From contig DATEIR010000120.1 in assembly GCA_035278885.1 (NCBI GenBank), positions 8,156-72,155 on the forward strand: a stretch of DNA of 64,000 nucleotides, written 5' to 3'. The notes below the pieces were generated by a model that was given only the letters and a program-made list of their open reading frames with translations, was not told the origin of the DNA and did no database searches. The stretch's first letter is position 1. The number at the start of each line of letters is the position of its first letter. The stretch comes from Gemmatimonadales bacterium. GTDB lineage: Bacteria; Gemmatimonadota; Gemmatimonadetes; Gemmatimonadales; GWC2-71-9. This document shows, one piece after another, positions 38,357 to 47,952 of the stretch. The translations under genes were made by a program, and so were the position numbers.

Positions 38357-39757
38357 ATGGCGCAGCAGAAATCCCGGTCGCCCGGCCCCGCCGAGCGGCC
38401 GAGCCTCGAGGGCTTCCCCAGCGACCTGAGCGGGGCGGGGAAGGAGGACCTCGTCGCGCTGACCCGCCGCTTCGGCGTGGACTTCCTGCGCCTCCAGTTC
38501 ACCGACATCCTCGGCGTGAACAAGAACGTGGAGGTTCCCCGAGGCCAGTTCGAGAAGGCGCTCGACGGCGAGATCATGTTCGACGGGTCCTCGATCGAGG
38601 GGTTCGTGCGGATCGAGGAGTCGGACATGCTGCTCAAGCCCGATTTGGGAACTTTCCGGATTCTTCCGTACGACGATGAAGGAGGGCGGATCGCCCGGCT
38701 GCTGTGCGACATCTACACCCCCGACGAGGAGCCGTTCGCCGGCTGCCCCCGCACCACGCTCAAGCGCCAGGTCGAGCGGGCCCGGAAGCTGGGGTACACC
38801 ATGATGGCGGGGTGCGAGGCGGAGTTCTTCCTGTTCGACAAGTCGGCCGACGGCGCCCCGACGCCGGCCACCCACGATTCGGCCGCCTACTTCGACCTGG
38901 GGCCGCTGGACCGGGGCGAGGAGATCCGACGGGTCATCATCGAGCAGCTGTTGGAGATGGGCTTCGAGGTCGAGGCGGCGCACCACGAGGTGGCCGCGGG
39001 CCAGCACGAGATCGACTTCCGCTACGCCGACGTCCTCACCACGGCGGACAACCTCACCACCTTCAAGTTCGTGGTGCGGAACGTGGCCAACCGGTACGGC
39101 TTCCTGGCGTCGTTCATGCCCAAGCCGATCCAGGGGATCAACGGCAGCGGGATGCACACTCACCAGTCGCTGTTCCGGGGGAAGGACAACGCCTTCTTCG
39201 ACCCCAAGGCGGAGTTCCAGCTTTCCCGTGTGGCGCTGAGCTACATCGAGGGGCTGCTGCAGCATGCCCGCGGGTTCTGCGCGGTCACCAACCCGCTGAT
39301 CAACAGCTACAAGCGCCTGGTGCCCGGGTACGAGGCGCCGGTCAACGTGGCGTGGTCGATGCGCAACCGCTCGCCCCTGGTCCGGATCCCCGACCGGCGC
39401 GGGCTGGGTACCCGGTGCGAGCTCCGGATGCCGGATCCCTCCTGCAACCCGTACCTGGCGCTCACGGTCCAGCTCGCGGCCGGACTCGACGGCGTGGAGC
39501 GGAAGCTCCAGGCGCGGGAACCGGTCAACCGGAACATCTTCACCATGAGCTACCGCGACCGGCGGAAGTACCGGATCGACGAGCTGCCCCGCGACCTGCA
39601 CGAGGCGCTGGAGATGTTCGAGAAGGACGCCGTGGTCAAGGCGGCGCTGGGCGAGCACCTGACCGAGCGCTTCCTCGAGGCCAAGCGGAACGAGGTGCTG
39701 GAGTACAACCGGCAGGTCAGCCGGTGGGAGATCGAGAACTACCTGGGGCGGTACTGA
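38357..39757 (+). CDS. glnA: Glutamine synthetase
   Basis: FDGSSIEGF, NGSGMHTHQSL, NSYKRLVPGYEAP, RIPDRRG. The N-terminal extension makes the start uncertain. Confidence 0.9.
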   Translation: MAQQKSRSPGPAERPSLEGFPSDLSGAGKEDLVALTRRFGVDFLRLQFTDILGVNKNVEVPRGQFEKALDGEIMFDGSSIEGFVRIEESDMLLKPDLGTFRILPYDDEGGRIARLLCDIYTPDEEPFAGCPRTTLKRQVERARKLGYTMMAGCEAEFFLFDKSADGAPTPATHDSAAYFDLGPLDRGEEIRRVIIEQLLEMGFEVEAAHHEVAAGQHEIDFRYADVLTTADNLTTFKFVVRNVANRYGFLASFMPKPIQGINGSGMHTHQSLFRGKDNAFFDPKAEFQLSRVALSYIEGLLQHARGFCAVTNPLINSYKRLVPGYEAPVNVAWSMRNRSPLVRIPDRRGLGTRCELRMPDPSCNPYLALTVQLAAGLDGVERKLQAREPVNRNIFTMSYRDRRKYRIDELPRDLHEALEMFEKDAVVKAALGEHLTERFLEAKRNEVLEYNRQVSRWEIENYLGRY

Positions 39758-40470
39758 CGCCGCTCAGCTCGAGACTCACGGTGCCGAACGACAACGGGAG
39801 CTCCAGCTGCACGGGCAGCCGCCGGGCATCGTCGGTGAGCCGGAGCCGCAGCGTGGTGCCGCGAGTCGATACCTCCACGACGAAGCAGGGCACCGACGAG
39901 TTGTCGTACAGCGTCACCGACTCCCGGCCGGTGACGCGCACCGTGATCGGGTTGTAGCCGGAGCGGAAGTAGCGGGAAATGGTGTACGTCCGCCCGCTCT
40001 CGAGCGGCGCGGTCCGGAGATAGTACATGAATGCCAGCTCGTCGAGCGCGTCCCGCGGGGCCACCCAGTCCTGCCCGCCACCTTCGAGCCGATAGCGGCT
40101 CGAGTCGGGGACGATCTGATAGCGCTCCTCCTCCACGCTGTTTCCCTGCACCAGCTTCCGGTGAAAGCGGAGGGACGCGAAGCGGGCCGAGCGGGTCCAG
40201 GAGGTGAGGTCGTACTGGACCCGGACCCCGGGCGGGCCGCCTGCCCCGGAGAAGGCGAAGACGAAGGCCTCCGAACCCTGCTCCTGTGCCCGCCCCACGG
40301 AGGCGGTCGCGGTCCCGACGGGAAAGTACCCCAGCTTGGCGTCGTAGCTCAGGGTCTCGCCCACCGCGAAGGGATATGGCGCCGGCGGCGCGGGAACGTG
40401 AGCGGGGGCGGCGGCGGGGGCGGCCAAGCCGGCGAGCAGGGCGCGAACGATCAGAATGGAAACGGGCATG
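39717..40470 (-). CDS. DUF3108-like secreted protein
   Basis: ATG 40470 with a signal peptide. GETLSYDAKLGYFPVGTATASV is DUF3108-like. The 3' end overlaps glnA by 41 nt (convergent). Confidence 0.55.
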
Positions 40471-40520
40471 GACACCGTGATGCGAAGGTGACGACGATAT
40501 CGGAATATAAGCCGGCCGCC

Positions 40521-41309
40521 ATGGACGCTTCCGCCCGTCCGCTCGCTCTCCTGCTCGATCTCGACGGCACCCTGTACGCGGACGGCGCGGCGGTCCCGGG
40601 TGCCTGCACGGCTCTGGCCCGGTTGCGGGAGCGCGGGGTGCCGTTCCGGCTGGTGACCAACACCACCAGCAGGAGTCGGGCCATGCTGGTGGAGCGGCTC
40701 CGGGGGTACGGATTCGAGGCCGCGGCCGAGGAGATCTTCACCGCTACCCTCGCGGGCGCGGCCGCAGTCCACTCGGCGGGGCTCAGGGTGGTGGCGCCGT
40801 TTCTCCCGCCGGCGGCGCTGGAGGACCTGGCCGGGCTCGAGCTCTCCGGCGGGGTCGCCGGGGCGGCGCGGAGCCGCCCTGAGGCGGTTCTGCTGGGTGA
40901 CCTGGGGCCAGGCTGGTCCTATGCCCTCCTGCAGGAGGCATTCGAGTATCTGACGGCGGGTGCCGAGCTGGTGGCGCTCTCCCGCGACCGCTATTTCCAG
41001 CAGGGCGACGCGCTCGCTCTCGATGCCGGTCCCTTCGTTGCGGCGCTGGAGTATGCCACCGGCCGAACCGCCCGTGTGGCCGGCAAGCCCAGTCCGGCGT
41101 TCTACGCGGCGGCACTGGCCAGCCTCGGCGTCACCGGACCCGCGGCCATGGTCGGCGACGACCTCTGGTCCGACGTCGAGGGCGCCCAGCGCGCCGGGCT
41201 GGCCGGATGGCTGGTGCGCACGGGAAAGTTTCGCGAAGAGGTGCTGCGCAGCAGTGGCATCCGGCCGGACCGGATCCTGGCCAGCGTGGCGGCCCTGGCG
41301 GAGGAGTGA
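40521..41309 (+). CDS. HAD-IIA family hydrolase
   Basis: LLLDLDGTLY, LVTNTTSRSR, GKPSPAFY, MVGDDLWSDVEGA. Confidence 0.85.
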   Translation: MDASARPLALLLDLDGTLYADGAAVPGACTALARLRERGVPFRLVTNTTSRSRAMLVERLRGYGFEAAAEEIFTATLAGAAAVHSAGLRVVAPFLPPAALEDLAGLELSGGVAGAARSRPEAVLLGDLGPGWSYALLQEAFEYLTAGAELVALSRDRYFQQGDALALDAGPFVAALEYATGRTARVAGKPSPAFYAAALASLGVTGPAAMVGDDLWSDVEGAQRAGLAGWLVRTGKFREEVLRSSGIRPDRILASVAALAEE

Positions 41310-42931
41310 GGGTGGGCCGCGTCACGCCGCCGGGGCGCCTCCTGCCCTGGATCCTGCTGCTCCTTCCCTTCCGGCTGTCGGCCCAGGCCACCGATTCCGC
41401 CACGACCCCGCCGGCGAACGACAGCTCGATCGTCCGCGCGGTCGTGATCGAGCGGCGCGATGTCTTCGACCCGAGCGAGACCGGGTTCATTCCCCGATTG
41501 GCGAACGCGCTCCACATCGAGACCCGCGCGGTCACCGTGCGGCGCGAGCTGCTCTTCCGTCCGGGTGAGCCGTACGACTCGGCCGCCGTGGCGGAGTCCC
41601 AGCGCAACCTCCGGGCGCTCGGGATCTTCCGGCGGGTGACCATCGACTCCACCCGCACCGACTCGGGCCTGGTCATGCGGGTGATCACCCGGGACGGGTG
41701 GAGCACCAAGACCGACCTGCGGTTCCGCAGCGTGGGTGGAGACGTCGAGTTCACCGTCGGGCTGGTGGAGGACAACCTGCTCGGCACCGCCAGCAGCGCC
41801 TCGGCGCGGTACCGGAAGACCACCGACCGGACCAGCGTCGCTCTCGGGTTCCGCCGGCCTCGGCTCTTCGGCGGTGAGGTCGGGCTGGCCCTGGGCTACG
41901 AGGACCGCTCCGATGGCCGCCTCGCCGCCGCCGCGCTGGAGCAACCGTTCTATTCGTTGACCAGCCGCAACGCGTTCCGGCTGGAAAGCGAGAACCACGA
42001 CGAGCGGGTGCTGCGCTTCTTCGAGGGAGAAGCGGAGGCCAGCGACAGCCTCCGGCGTCGCTACACGTTGGTCCGCGCCACGGCGGCGCGCGCCCTGGAG
42101 GCGTCCTCCGCCGGGTATGTGCGGCTCGGCATGCAGGCCCAGGTCCGCCGCGACGACTTCGTTCCCGAGGGCCGGACCGACCTCTTCCAGAAGACCGTGA
42201 CCGGCGCCTTCGGTCCCTATGTCACCTGGAACCACGCCCGCTTCCTGGTCACCAAGGGGGTGGCCGGGTTCGCCCGGGAGGAAGACGTGGACCTCGGTGC
42301 CACGGTAACCGCGAGTCTCATGCTGGCGCCCTCGGCCTTGGGCTACGAGCGCGACGGGATCGCGCCGTCGGTCGGCAGCCGAGTCGGCGTGCGCCTGCCC
42401 AGCGGGTTCGGCTACCTCGAGGGTTTGGCGGGAGGCCTGTACTCCAGCGCGGGACTCGACTCCGGCGCGGTGCAGGTGGCGGGGACGGCCGTGCTCAAGC
42501 CCAGGCCGGGGCATGTGGCCATCCTGCACGCCGAGGCAGGCTGGCTGGAAAATCCGCTGCCGGGCGCGGAGTTCGACCTGGGGCTGAGTTTCGGTCCGCG
42601 TGCCTTCGGCAGCCACGCGTTCACCGGGGACCGTTCGTTCATGACCACGGCCGAATACCGTGTCACCGTGGCCGAGAACTTCCTGGGCCAGGCCGGGATC
42701 GGGATCGCCGGGTTCGTGGACTATGGCGGCGCGTGGTACGCGGGCTCGCGGCGCCGGACCGGCTGGGACACGGGGCTGGGCATTCGACTGGGAGCCACCC
42801 GCTCCTCGGATGTCGGCGCGGCGCGGCTCGACCTGGCGCACCGGTTCGCCAACGACGTGGACGGGGCGGGCTGGGTGATCACCATCGGCAAGGGCTTCGT
42901 CTTCGCGCCCTTGGGGCGCCGCGCGCTTTGA
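41306..42931 (+). CDS. Omp85-family outer-membrane protein (POTRA plus surface-antigen beta-barrel)
   Basis: GTG 41306 (GTGA overlap) or GTG 41312. Signal peptide, POTRA-like VVIERRDVFD...FRPGEPYD, beta-barrel C-terminus. Confidence 0.75.
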   Translation: MRVGRVTPPGRLLPWILLLLPFRLSAQATDSATTPPANDSSIVRAVVIERRDVFDPSETGFIPRLANALHIETRAVTVRRELLFRPGEPYDSAAVAESQRNLRALGIFRRVTIDSTRTDSGLVMRVITRDGWSTKTDLRFRSVGGDVEFTVGLVEDNLLGTASSASARYRKTTDRTSVALGFRRPRLFGGEVGLALGYEDRSDGRLAAAALEQPFYSLTSRNAFRLESENHDERVLRFFEGEAEASDSLRRRYTLVRATAARALEASSAGYVRLGMQAQVRRDDFVPEGRTDLFQKTVTGAFGPYVTWNHARFLVTKGVAGFAREEDVDLGATVTASLMLAPSALGYERDGIAPSVGSRVGVRLPSGFGYLEGLAGGLYSSAGLDSGAVQVAGTAVLKPRPGHVAILHAEAGWLENPLPGAEFDLGLSFGPRAFGSHAFTGDRSFMTTAEYRVTVAENFLGQAGIGIAGFVDYGGAWYAGSRRRTGWDTGLGIRLGATRSSDVGAARLDLAHRFANDVDGAGWVITIGKGFVFAPLGRRAL

Positions 42932-43051
42932 CTACACCGCGAGATAGCGGCTCACCAGCACCGCCACCGCGATGACCAGGATGATCAACAGCACCAGCGC
43001 CAGGACGGTGATGCCGCGGCGGTTCCGCAGCAGGGGGACGTGCTCGGGCAT
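42932..43051 (-). CDS. Possible 39-aa single-TM protein
   Basis: MPEHVPLLRNRRGITVLALVLLIILVIAVAVLVSRYLAV. Only the last 40 codons of track ORF 42932..43495 look coding. Confidence 0.3.
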   Translation of the reverse strand: MPEHVPLLRNRRGITVLALVLLIILVIAVAVLVSRYLAV

Positions 43052-43130
43052 GACATCCTCAGGGGTTGAATCTCCCGGATTGTAGACGGACGGGTTGCGT
43101 CCGACCACCGGACCGGGCTCATTGCGAACC

Positions 43131-43832
43131 ATGGACACGTCCCCGCCCCCAGAGACCCCGGCGGTCGAGGAGGCGGCGCCGCTGGTGGGCGCCGCGCTCG
43201 CCGTCGGGCTCGTGATTGCGGCGGCGGCCACGCTTCTGTTCGTCTGGCTCGGCGAGGAGGTTCTCGAAGGGGAGACCCGATCCGCCGACCTCTGGATCCG
43301 GGACGCGGTCCACGGACATGCCGGTCCGGGACTCACCACGATGATGGTGGCCGCGAGCAGATGGGGCGCGCCCGGCGTGCTCGCGGTGCTCGGTGTCGTG
43401 GCCGCACTCGTGTTCCTGCGGGAAGGATGGCGGCGAGCCTCGCTCCTGGTGCTGCTCACCATGGCCGGAGCGGGCGTGCTCGACGTTCTGCTCAAGCACC
43501 TGTATGGCCGGACCCGGCCCGTGCCGCTGTTCGGATTCTACCCCTCGCCGCATTCCTACAGCTTTCCCAGCGGGCACGCCCTCTTCGCCACCTGCTTCTT
43601 CGGCGGGGTCGCGGTGCTGGCGTCGCACCGGTTCCGCCATCCGGCCACCCAGGTGGCGATCTGGGTGGCGGCGCTCCTCGCCATCGGCCTGATCGGGATC
43701 TCGCGGATCTATCTGGGGGTTCACTACCCCACCGATGTGCTGGGGGGCCTGGCCGCCGGAGCGGTCTGGGTGGGAACGGTCGCCCTGGGCGACCGGCTGG
43801 CGGAGCATCGCCGCCGACGCCGGGCTCGCTGA
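43131..43832 (+). CDS. PAP2-family phosphatase
   Basis: KHLYGRTRP, PSGHA and SRIYLGVHYPTDV acid-phosphatase motifs. Confidence 0.85.
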   Translation: MDTSPPPETPAVEEAAPLVGAALAVGLVIAAAATLLFVWLGEEVLEGETRSADLWIRDAVHGHAGPGLTTMMVAASRWGAPGVLAVLGVVAALVFLREGWRRASLLVLLTMAGAGVLDVLLKHLYGRTRPVPLFGFYPSPHSYSFPSGHALFATCFFGGVAVLASHRFRHPATQVAIWVAALLAIGLIGISRIYLGVHYPTDVLGGLAAGAVWVGTVALGDRLAEHRRRRRAR

Positions 43833-43847
43833 GAGGATCGAGCAGGT

Positions 43848-44105
43848 CTAGGCCTGGCGGCGGAGATCGGCCGCGCGGGTGCGCTGGCTCAGCTCGGTCA
43901 TCTCGCGGCGGTGGCCCCCGCGGAACTCGAAGTGCTCTTCGCTCATGACGCGATCCGCATCCGGAACGCTGGCGGCGGTCAGGTGCCAGAGCAGCAGCTG
44001 CCGGCCGATATCGGAAGCCCGCATCCAGACGCCGGGCTCGATGGCGGGATACAGCGACGCGTGCTCCGGACGAAGCTTGGCCTCTCGAATACTGCCGTTG
44101 ATCAC
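43848..44105 (-). CDS. Small conserved hypothetical protein, paralog of 62174..62413
   Basis: GTG start, GC3-rich. Shares REA(K/R)LRPE..LYP..E.G.W ... EHFEFRGGH with the other copy. Confidence 0.6.
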   Translation of the reverse strand: MINGSIREAKLRPEHASLYPAIEPGVWMRASDIGRQLLLWHLTAASVPDADRVMSEEHFEFRGGHRREMTELSQRTRAADLRRQA

Positions 44106-44194
44106 GATTCCCCCTCTGAACCCGCCGGCGGGTTGACGCGGGGCCCGCCCGACGCTCTCTTGCTCAGCGCTCCCCCCGCCATGCCGAGGACTCG

Positions 44195-44539
44195 ATGGAC
44201 GACGCGGCCGCCGATACCATCTGCAAGCGCGCCAGGGTCGAGCTGGTCTTCCTCCTGGCTCACCAGCGGAACCCGCGAAGCAAGCAGCGGCGGGACTGGG
44301 CGCTGCTTCGGAGCCTGGTGCGCGACGCGCTCTCCTCGGGCCCGCGCGCCGACCAGCTGCAGGAAGGACCCTGGGAAGTAGGTCAGCGTCCGCTCAAGAA
44401 GCCGGGCCGCGCCGGACTCATGTTCGTCCCGCTGGTGCGCCGTGGCGGTACCGAGATCATGATGCCCACCCCGCAGGACGCCGAAGAGCTGGTGGCCTTC
44501 CTCAATTGGTGCCGCATGCCGGAGCTTGGTGCGCGATAA
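44195..44539 (+). CDS. Hypothetical protein (114 aa), divergent partner of 43848..44105
   Basis: This frame is strongly GC3-rich, unlike the antisense track ORF 44102..44578. No motif recognised. Confidence 0.55.
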   Translation: MDDAAADTICKRARVELVFLLAHQRNPRSKQRRDWALLRSLVRDALSSGPRADQLQEGPWEVGQRPLKKPGRAGLMFVPLVRRGGTEIMMPTPQDAEELVAFLNWCRMPELGAR

Positions 44540-44658
44540 GCTACCGCCGAAGTTGCCGCCGCCGGGGATCGAGGGCAAGTCCGACCTGACTGCTACGATG
44601 CTGCAACTTCGCTCAGGCGGTGCAAGACGTGTCCTGCGTACGATAGGAAGTTGATCCC

Positions 44659-45753
44659 ATGGTACACCGCTGGGGCAGGCTCGCCGTCGGTGCCTTCGCG
44701 GTGATCGCGGGGGCGGCTGTGCGTCCGACTCCGCTCCCGGCCCAGGATCTGCTCGACCGCACGCCCAACCTGGCCGGCGGCTGGGTATCCCTCCCCGGGA
44801 TGGTGCACTTCAACTTCCTGCACCGCTTCACCTCCAGTGATGCGCCCGAGCGCAAGGTCACCAGCGCTCCGACGTTCCTGCTGGCCGCAGGGCTTCCGGC
44901 CCACCTGCTGGCCGGATTCCACTACGCCACCAACTCGACACTGGCCCCGAATTACCCCAACGAATGGGAGTTCTTCGGACGCTTCGGTGCGCTGCGGCAG
45001 GTCGATGGGGCTCCGGTCGACCTGTCGGCTCAGGCGGACTACAACCTGGCGTCGGACGGACCGGACGGCGAAATCTCGGCGGCGCGGCGGCAGGGTCCGG
45101 TGCGAGTCCTCGCGGCGGTGCGGGTGCTCTCGCCGCTGGATGACGAAGACGGGGCCCGGGTGGCGGTCGCCGGCGGGGCCACACTGCATCTCACCCGCGA
45201 CGTGGCGATCGCGGCGGACGTGGGCACCCTGACCGAGCGGCGAACCGGAGAGGACGCCGCATGGGGCGTGGCTCTCCAGCTCGCGATTCCCCATTCTCCG
45301 CACACCTTCTCGCTCCAGGTGGGGAACACCAACACGGCGACGCTGCAGGGCGCATCGCGGGGCGGCAACACCCGGTACGGCTTCGAATTCACCATTCCGA
45401 TCACGCTGGCCCGCTACTTCGGCGGCAAACGCCCGGCGGCTCCGCCGCCGGCCGCGCCGGCCGCCGCCGCGCAGACTCCGGCCGCCCCGGCCACCGGTGA
45501 TACGGTGGACGTCGTCATCGAGGGACTCGGCTTCCATCCCGGGAAGGTCGTCGTGGCGCCGGGGACGGCGGTGCGCTTCACCAACCGCGACCGGCTGGTG
45601 CACACGGTGACGGAAAATGCGGGCGGCGTCGATTCGGGAGAGATCCAGCCCGGCGAACGCAAGGTTCTGGTGTTCACCCAGCCCGGGGCCCACCCCTACC
45701 ACTGCACGCCGCACCCTTTCATGACCGGGACCATCGAGGTGCGCTCGCCATGA
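44659..45753 (+). CDS. Secreted protein: uncharacterised N-terminal domain, Pro/Ala linker, amicyanin-like cupredoxin
   Basis: Signal peptide. Linker AAPPPAAPAAAAQTPAAPA. C-terminus GAHPYHCTPHPFMTGTIEV carries type-1 Cu ligands C, H and M. Confidence 0.8.
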   Translation: MVHRWGRLAVGAFAVIAGAAVRPTPLPAQDLLDRTPNLAGGWVSLPGMVHFNFLHRFTSSDAPERKVTSAPTFLLAAGLPAHLLAGFHYATNSTLAPNYPNEWEFFGRFGALRQVDGAPVDLSAQADYNLASDGPDGEISAARRQGPVRVLAAVRVLSPLDDEDGARVAVAGGATLHLTRDVAIAADVGTLTERRTGEDAAWGVALQLAIPHSPHTFSLQVGNTNTATLQGASRGGNTRYGFEFTIPITLARYFGGKRPAAPPPAAPAAAAQTPAAPATGDTVDVVIEGLGFHPGKVVVAPGTAVRFTNRDRLVHTVTENAGGVDSGEIQPGERKVLVFTQPGAHPYHCTPHPFMTGTIEVRSP

Positions 45754-46145
45754 GGCTGGGGCGGCGAGCCAGCGCCTGGGGAGCGGCCGGCGTCATCGCG
45801 CTGGCAGCGGCCGCCGCGTGCTTCTCGGATCGCTCCGCGACCGGACCCGCGAGCGGCACGTGCCGACTCCCGGTCAGCGAGGGCGTCCCCGGCTCCGTGG
45901 TGGTGCCGATCGCCAACTTCGCATTCCAGCCCGCGGAGGTGCGCATCCACGCGGGGCAGACCGTCACCTGGGTCAACTGCGAGGACGACGCTACCGCCCA
46001 TACCACCCACGCCAACGACGAGGCGTGGAGCTCACCGCTGCTCTCGCCGGGCAATGCCTTCAGCCACACCTTCGACCAGCCCGGCACGTTCGACTACCAC
46101 TGCGATCCCCACCCGTTCATGACCGGCCGAGTGGTGGTCGAGTAG
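45750..46145 (+). CDS. Amicyanin-like cupredoxin lipoprotein
   Basis: ATGA overlap with the upstream gene. Lipobox AAAACF. GTFDYHCDPHPFMTGRVVVE closely resembles the amicyanin C-terminus. Confidence 0.85.
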   Translation: MRLGRRASAWGAAGVIALAAAAACFSDRSATGPASGTCRLPVSEGVPGSVVVPIANFAFQPAEVRIHAGQTVTWVNCEDDATAHTTHANDEAWSSPLLSPGNAFSHTFDQPGTFDYHCDPHPFMTGRVVVE

Positions 46146-46220
46146 CGGGTAACGCGCCCCAGCCTACCACCCTGCGGCGACCGGGTCTAGCTTCAGATTG
46201 GACCCCTCGTCAGGGACAGC

Positions 46221-47072
46221 GTGCCTTCCACTCGCGCGACGGTACCAATACCTGCGTTTCATGCCCGCCCGGGCTCCCGCGGCGCGCGCGGCGGCTCGGC
46301 GAGCGTCCAGGTGCCCGGGTTCACCCTCACCCCCGGCCGGCACCTGCGAGGCACGGCCCTGGGCTGGCACGATCACGAGTCTCCCACGATCTGTTGCGTG
46401 CTGCAGGGGGGATTCACCGAGTCGTGGAGGGGCGGATCGCTGATCTGCAGCCCCGGCACCCTCAAGGTCACGCCCGCGGGCGACCGGCACTGCGACAGCT
46501 TCGGCAAGAGCGACGTGCGGGGGCTGCTGGTCGAGGTCGCCCCGGATCGTGCCGAGGCGATTCGTCCCTATTCCGCGGTGCTGGACCAGCGGCGCTCGTT
46601 CCAGGGCGGTCCCGCGGCGACGATCGCGCGCCGGCTTCAGGAAGAGCTGCGGGCGCCCGACGAGGCGGCCCTGCTCGCCATCGAGGGCCTCTTGCTCGAG
46701 CTGGTGGCGACCGTGTCGCGGATCGAGCCGGACCTGCCGGCGCGCCGTCCGCCGGTGTGGCTCGAGGCGGCCCGCGACCTGATTCACGCCGACCCGACCT
46801 CGCGCATCAGCCTCGCCGGCCTGGCGGAGGCGGTCGGCGTGCATCCCATCACGCTCGCGCGCGGGTTCCGGGCCAGCTTCGGATGCTCGGTGGGAACGTA
46901 CGTGCGACGACTGCGGGTGGAGCTCGCCGGGCGCTGGCTGACCGACACCGACCTGCCGCTGGCGGAGATCGCGCTGGCCGCGGGCTTCTGCGACCAGAGC
47001 CACTTTTCCAATCTGTTCCGCCGAACGATCGGGGTCACGCCCTCGCAGTACCGCCGTCAGGCGCGGGGCTAA
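46221..47072 (+). CDS. AraC-family transcriptional regulator (cupin-like N-terminus)
   Basis: LAGLAEAVGVHPITLARGFR ... IALAAGFCDQSHFSNLFRRTIGVTPSQYRR. Confidence 0.85.
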   Translation: MPSTRATVPIPAFHARPGSRGARGGSASVQVPGFTLTPGRHLRGTALGWHDHESPTICCVLQGGFTESWRGGSLICSPGTLKVTPAGDRHCDSFGKSDVRGLLVEVAPDRAEAIRPYSAVLDQRRSFQGGPAATIARRLQEELRAPDEAALLAIEGLLLELVATVSRIEPDLPARRPPVWLEAARDLIHADPTSRISLAGLAEAVGVHPITLARGFRASFGCSVGTYVRRLRVELAGRWLTDTDLPLAEIALAAGFCDQSHFSNLFRRTIGVTPSQYRRQARG

Positions 47073-47581
47073 CTGTTCGGCGCCTCAGGGTCCTCGTAGC
47101 CTTCGAAATCCATCCGTCTCCGGGTAAGCTGACTCTCGCCGGCGATGATCTGCTGCTCCCTACTGGCCTGTTGCATGCTGGAGAGCATCTGACGTAGTTC
47201 GGCGGCCTCGACCCTGAGTTGCCTGAGTTCCGTGCTCATCTCTCTTATGCCGTTCAGCAGGGTCTCCAGTCGCTGAGTGATGGCGGCTTCGGCCCGGCCC
47301 GCTGCCTCGAGAATGTGCTTGGCATGCTGGGCCGCCTCTTCGCCGTCTCGAAAACCCAGCCGCAGCGATTCCGCGCTTTGACGGATCTGCTCGGCGAGCT
47401 CGCGACCCTCCTCGGCCCAGGCCCGCGCCTGCTCCGCCTGCTCTCGAGTCGCCTCGGCATCGGTCCGGTCGACCTCCGCTGCTTCTCGGAGCCGCTCCTG
47501 GCCGCCCCCGCTCAGCGGGGCGCCGGGGTCGGGAGTGGCGACAGGTGTCGCGGGCCCGTGACGCTTCGGGTGTTTAGACAT
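47069..47581 (-). CDS. Coiled-coil hypothetical protein
   Basis: ATG 47581. Glu/Ala/Arg/Gln-rich heptad-like sequence. G+C is visibly lower than in neighbouring genes. Confidence 0.55.
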   Translation of the reverse strand: MSKHPKRHGPATPVATPDPGAPLSGGGQERLREAAEVDRTDAEATREQAEQARAWAEEGRELAEQIRQSAESLRLGFRDGEEAAQHAKHILEAAGRAEAAITQRLETLLNGIREMSTELRQLRVEAAELRQMLSSMQQASREQQIIAGESQLTRRRMDFEGYEDPEAPNS

Positions 47582-47628
47582 TCGACTCCATGGGGGGACA
47601 ATGCCTCGACGGCTCGCACGGACGATAT

Positions 47629-47952
47629 CTAGCCGGGCGCTTGAGGCCGCCGCCTCCGGATCAGATCCGCCACCGTCCGTGCCTGACGGGCCGCCATGTC
47701 GAACAGGCCTGCTCTGGTGCGTCCCCGAAGGCCGGTCACCAGGTGATGGTCCGGTGCCCTGGCGTTCAGCTCGACCTGATGATGGCTGGCGACCCCGGCG
47801 ACCTCTTCGAGACGGTCGGTATCCTCCCTGTCCTGGGCGGCATGAAGCGCCGCCATGAGCGCGTGGTACGAAGTATCGTAGCAGCCGGCGTCGAACGTCT
47901 GTCGGCTGGCCGAGAGGAGGCTCGGGTAGAGGTCCCGGCGGGAGCGTGTCAC
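47629..47952 (-). CDS. Hypothetical protein (107 aa), translationally coupled to the upstream zinc-finger gene
   Basis: GTG 47952 overlaps the upstream stop (GTGA). Only the 3' 107 codons of track ORF 47629..48537 are plausible, because the rest crosses the tRNA. Confidence 0.5.
   Translation of the reverse strand: MTRSRRDLYPSLLSASRQTFDAGCYDTSYHALMAALHAAQDREDTDRLEEVAGVASHHQVELNARAPDHHLVTGLRGRTRAGLFDMAARQARTVADLIRRRRPQAPG

Noticed and set aside
44102-44578. 158-aa ORF (-) overlapping 44195..44539
   Set aside because: The + frame has consistently G/C-ending codons and the minus frame does not.
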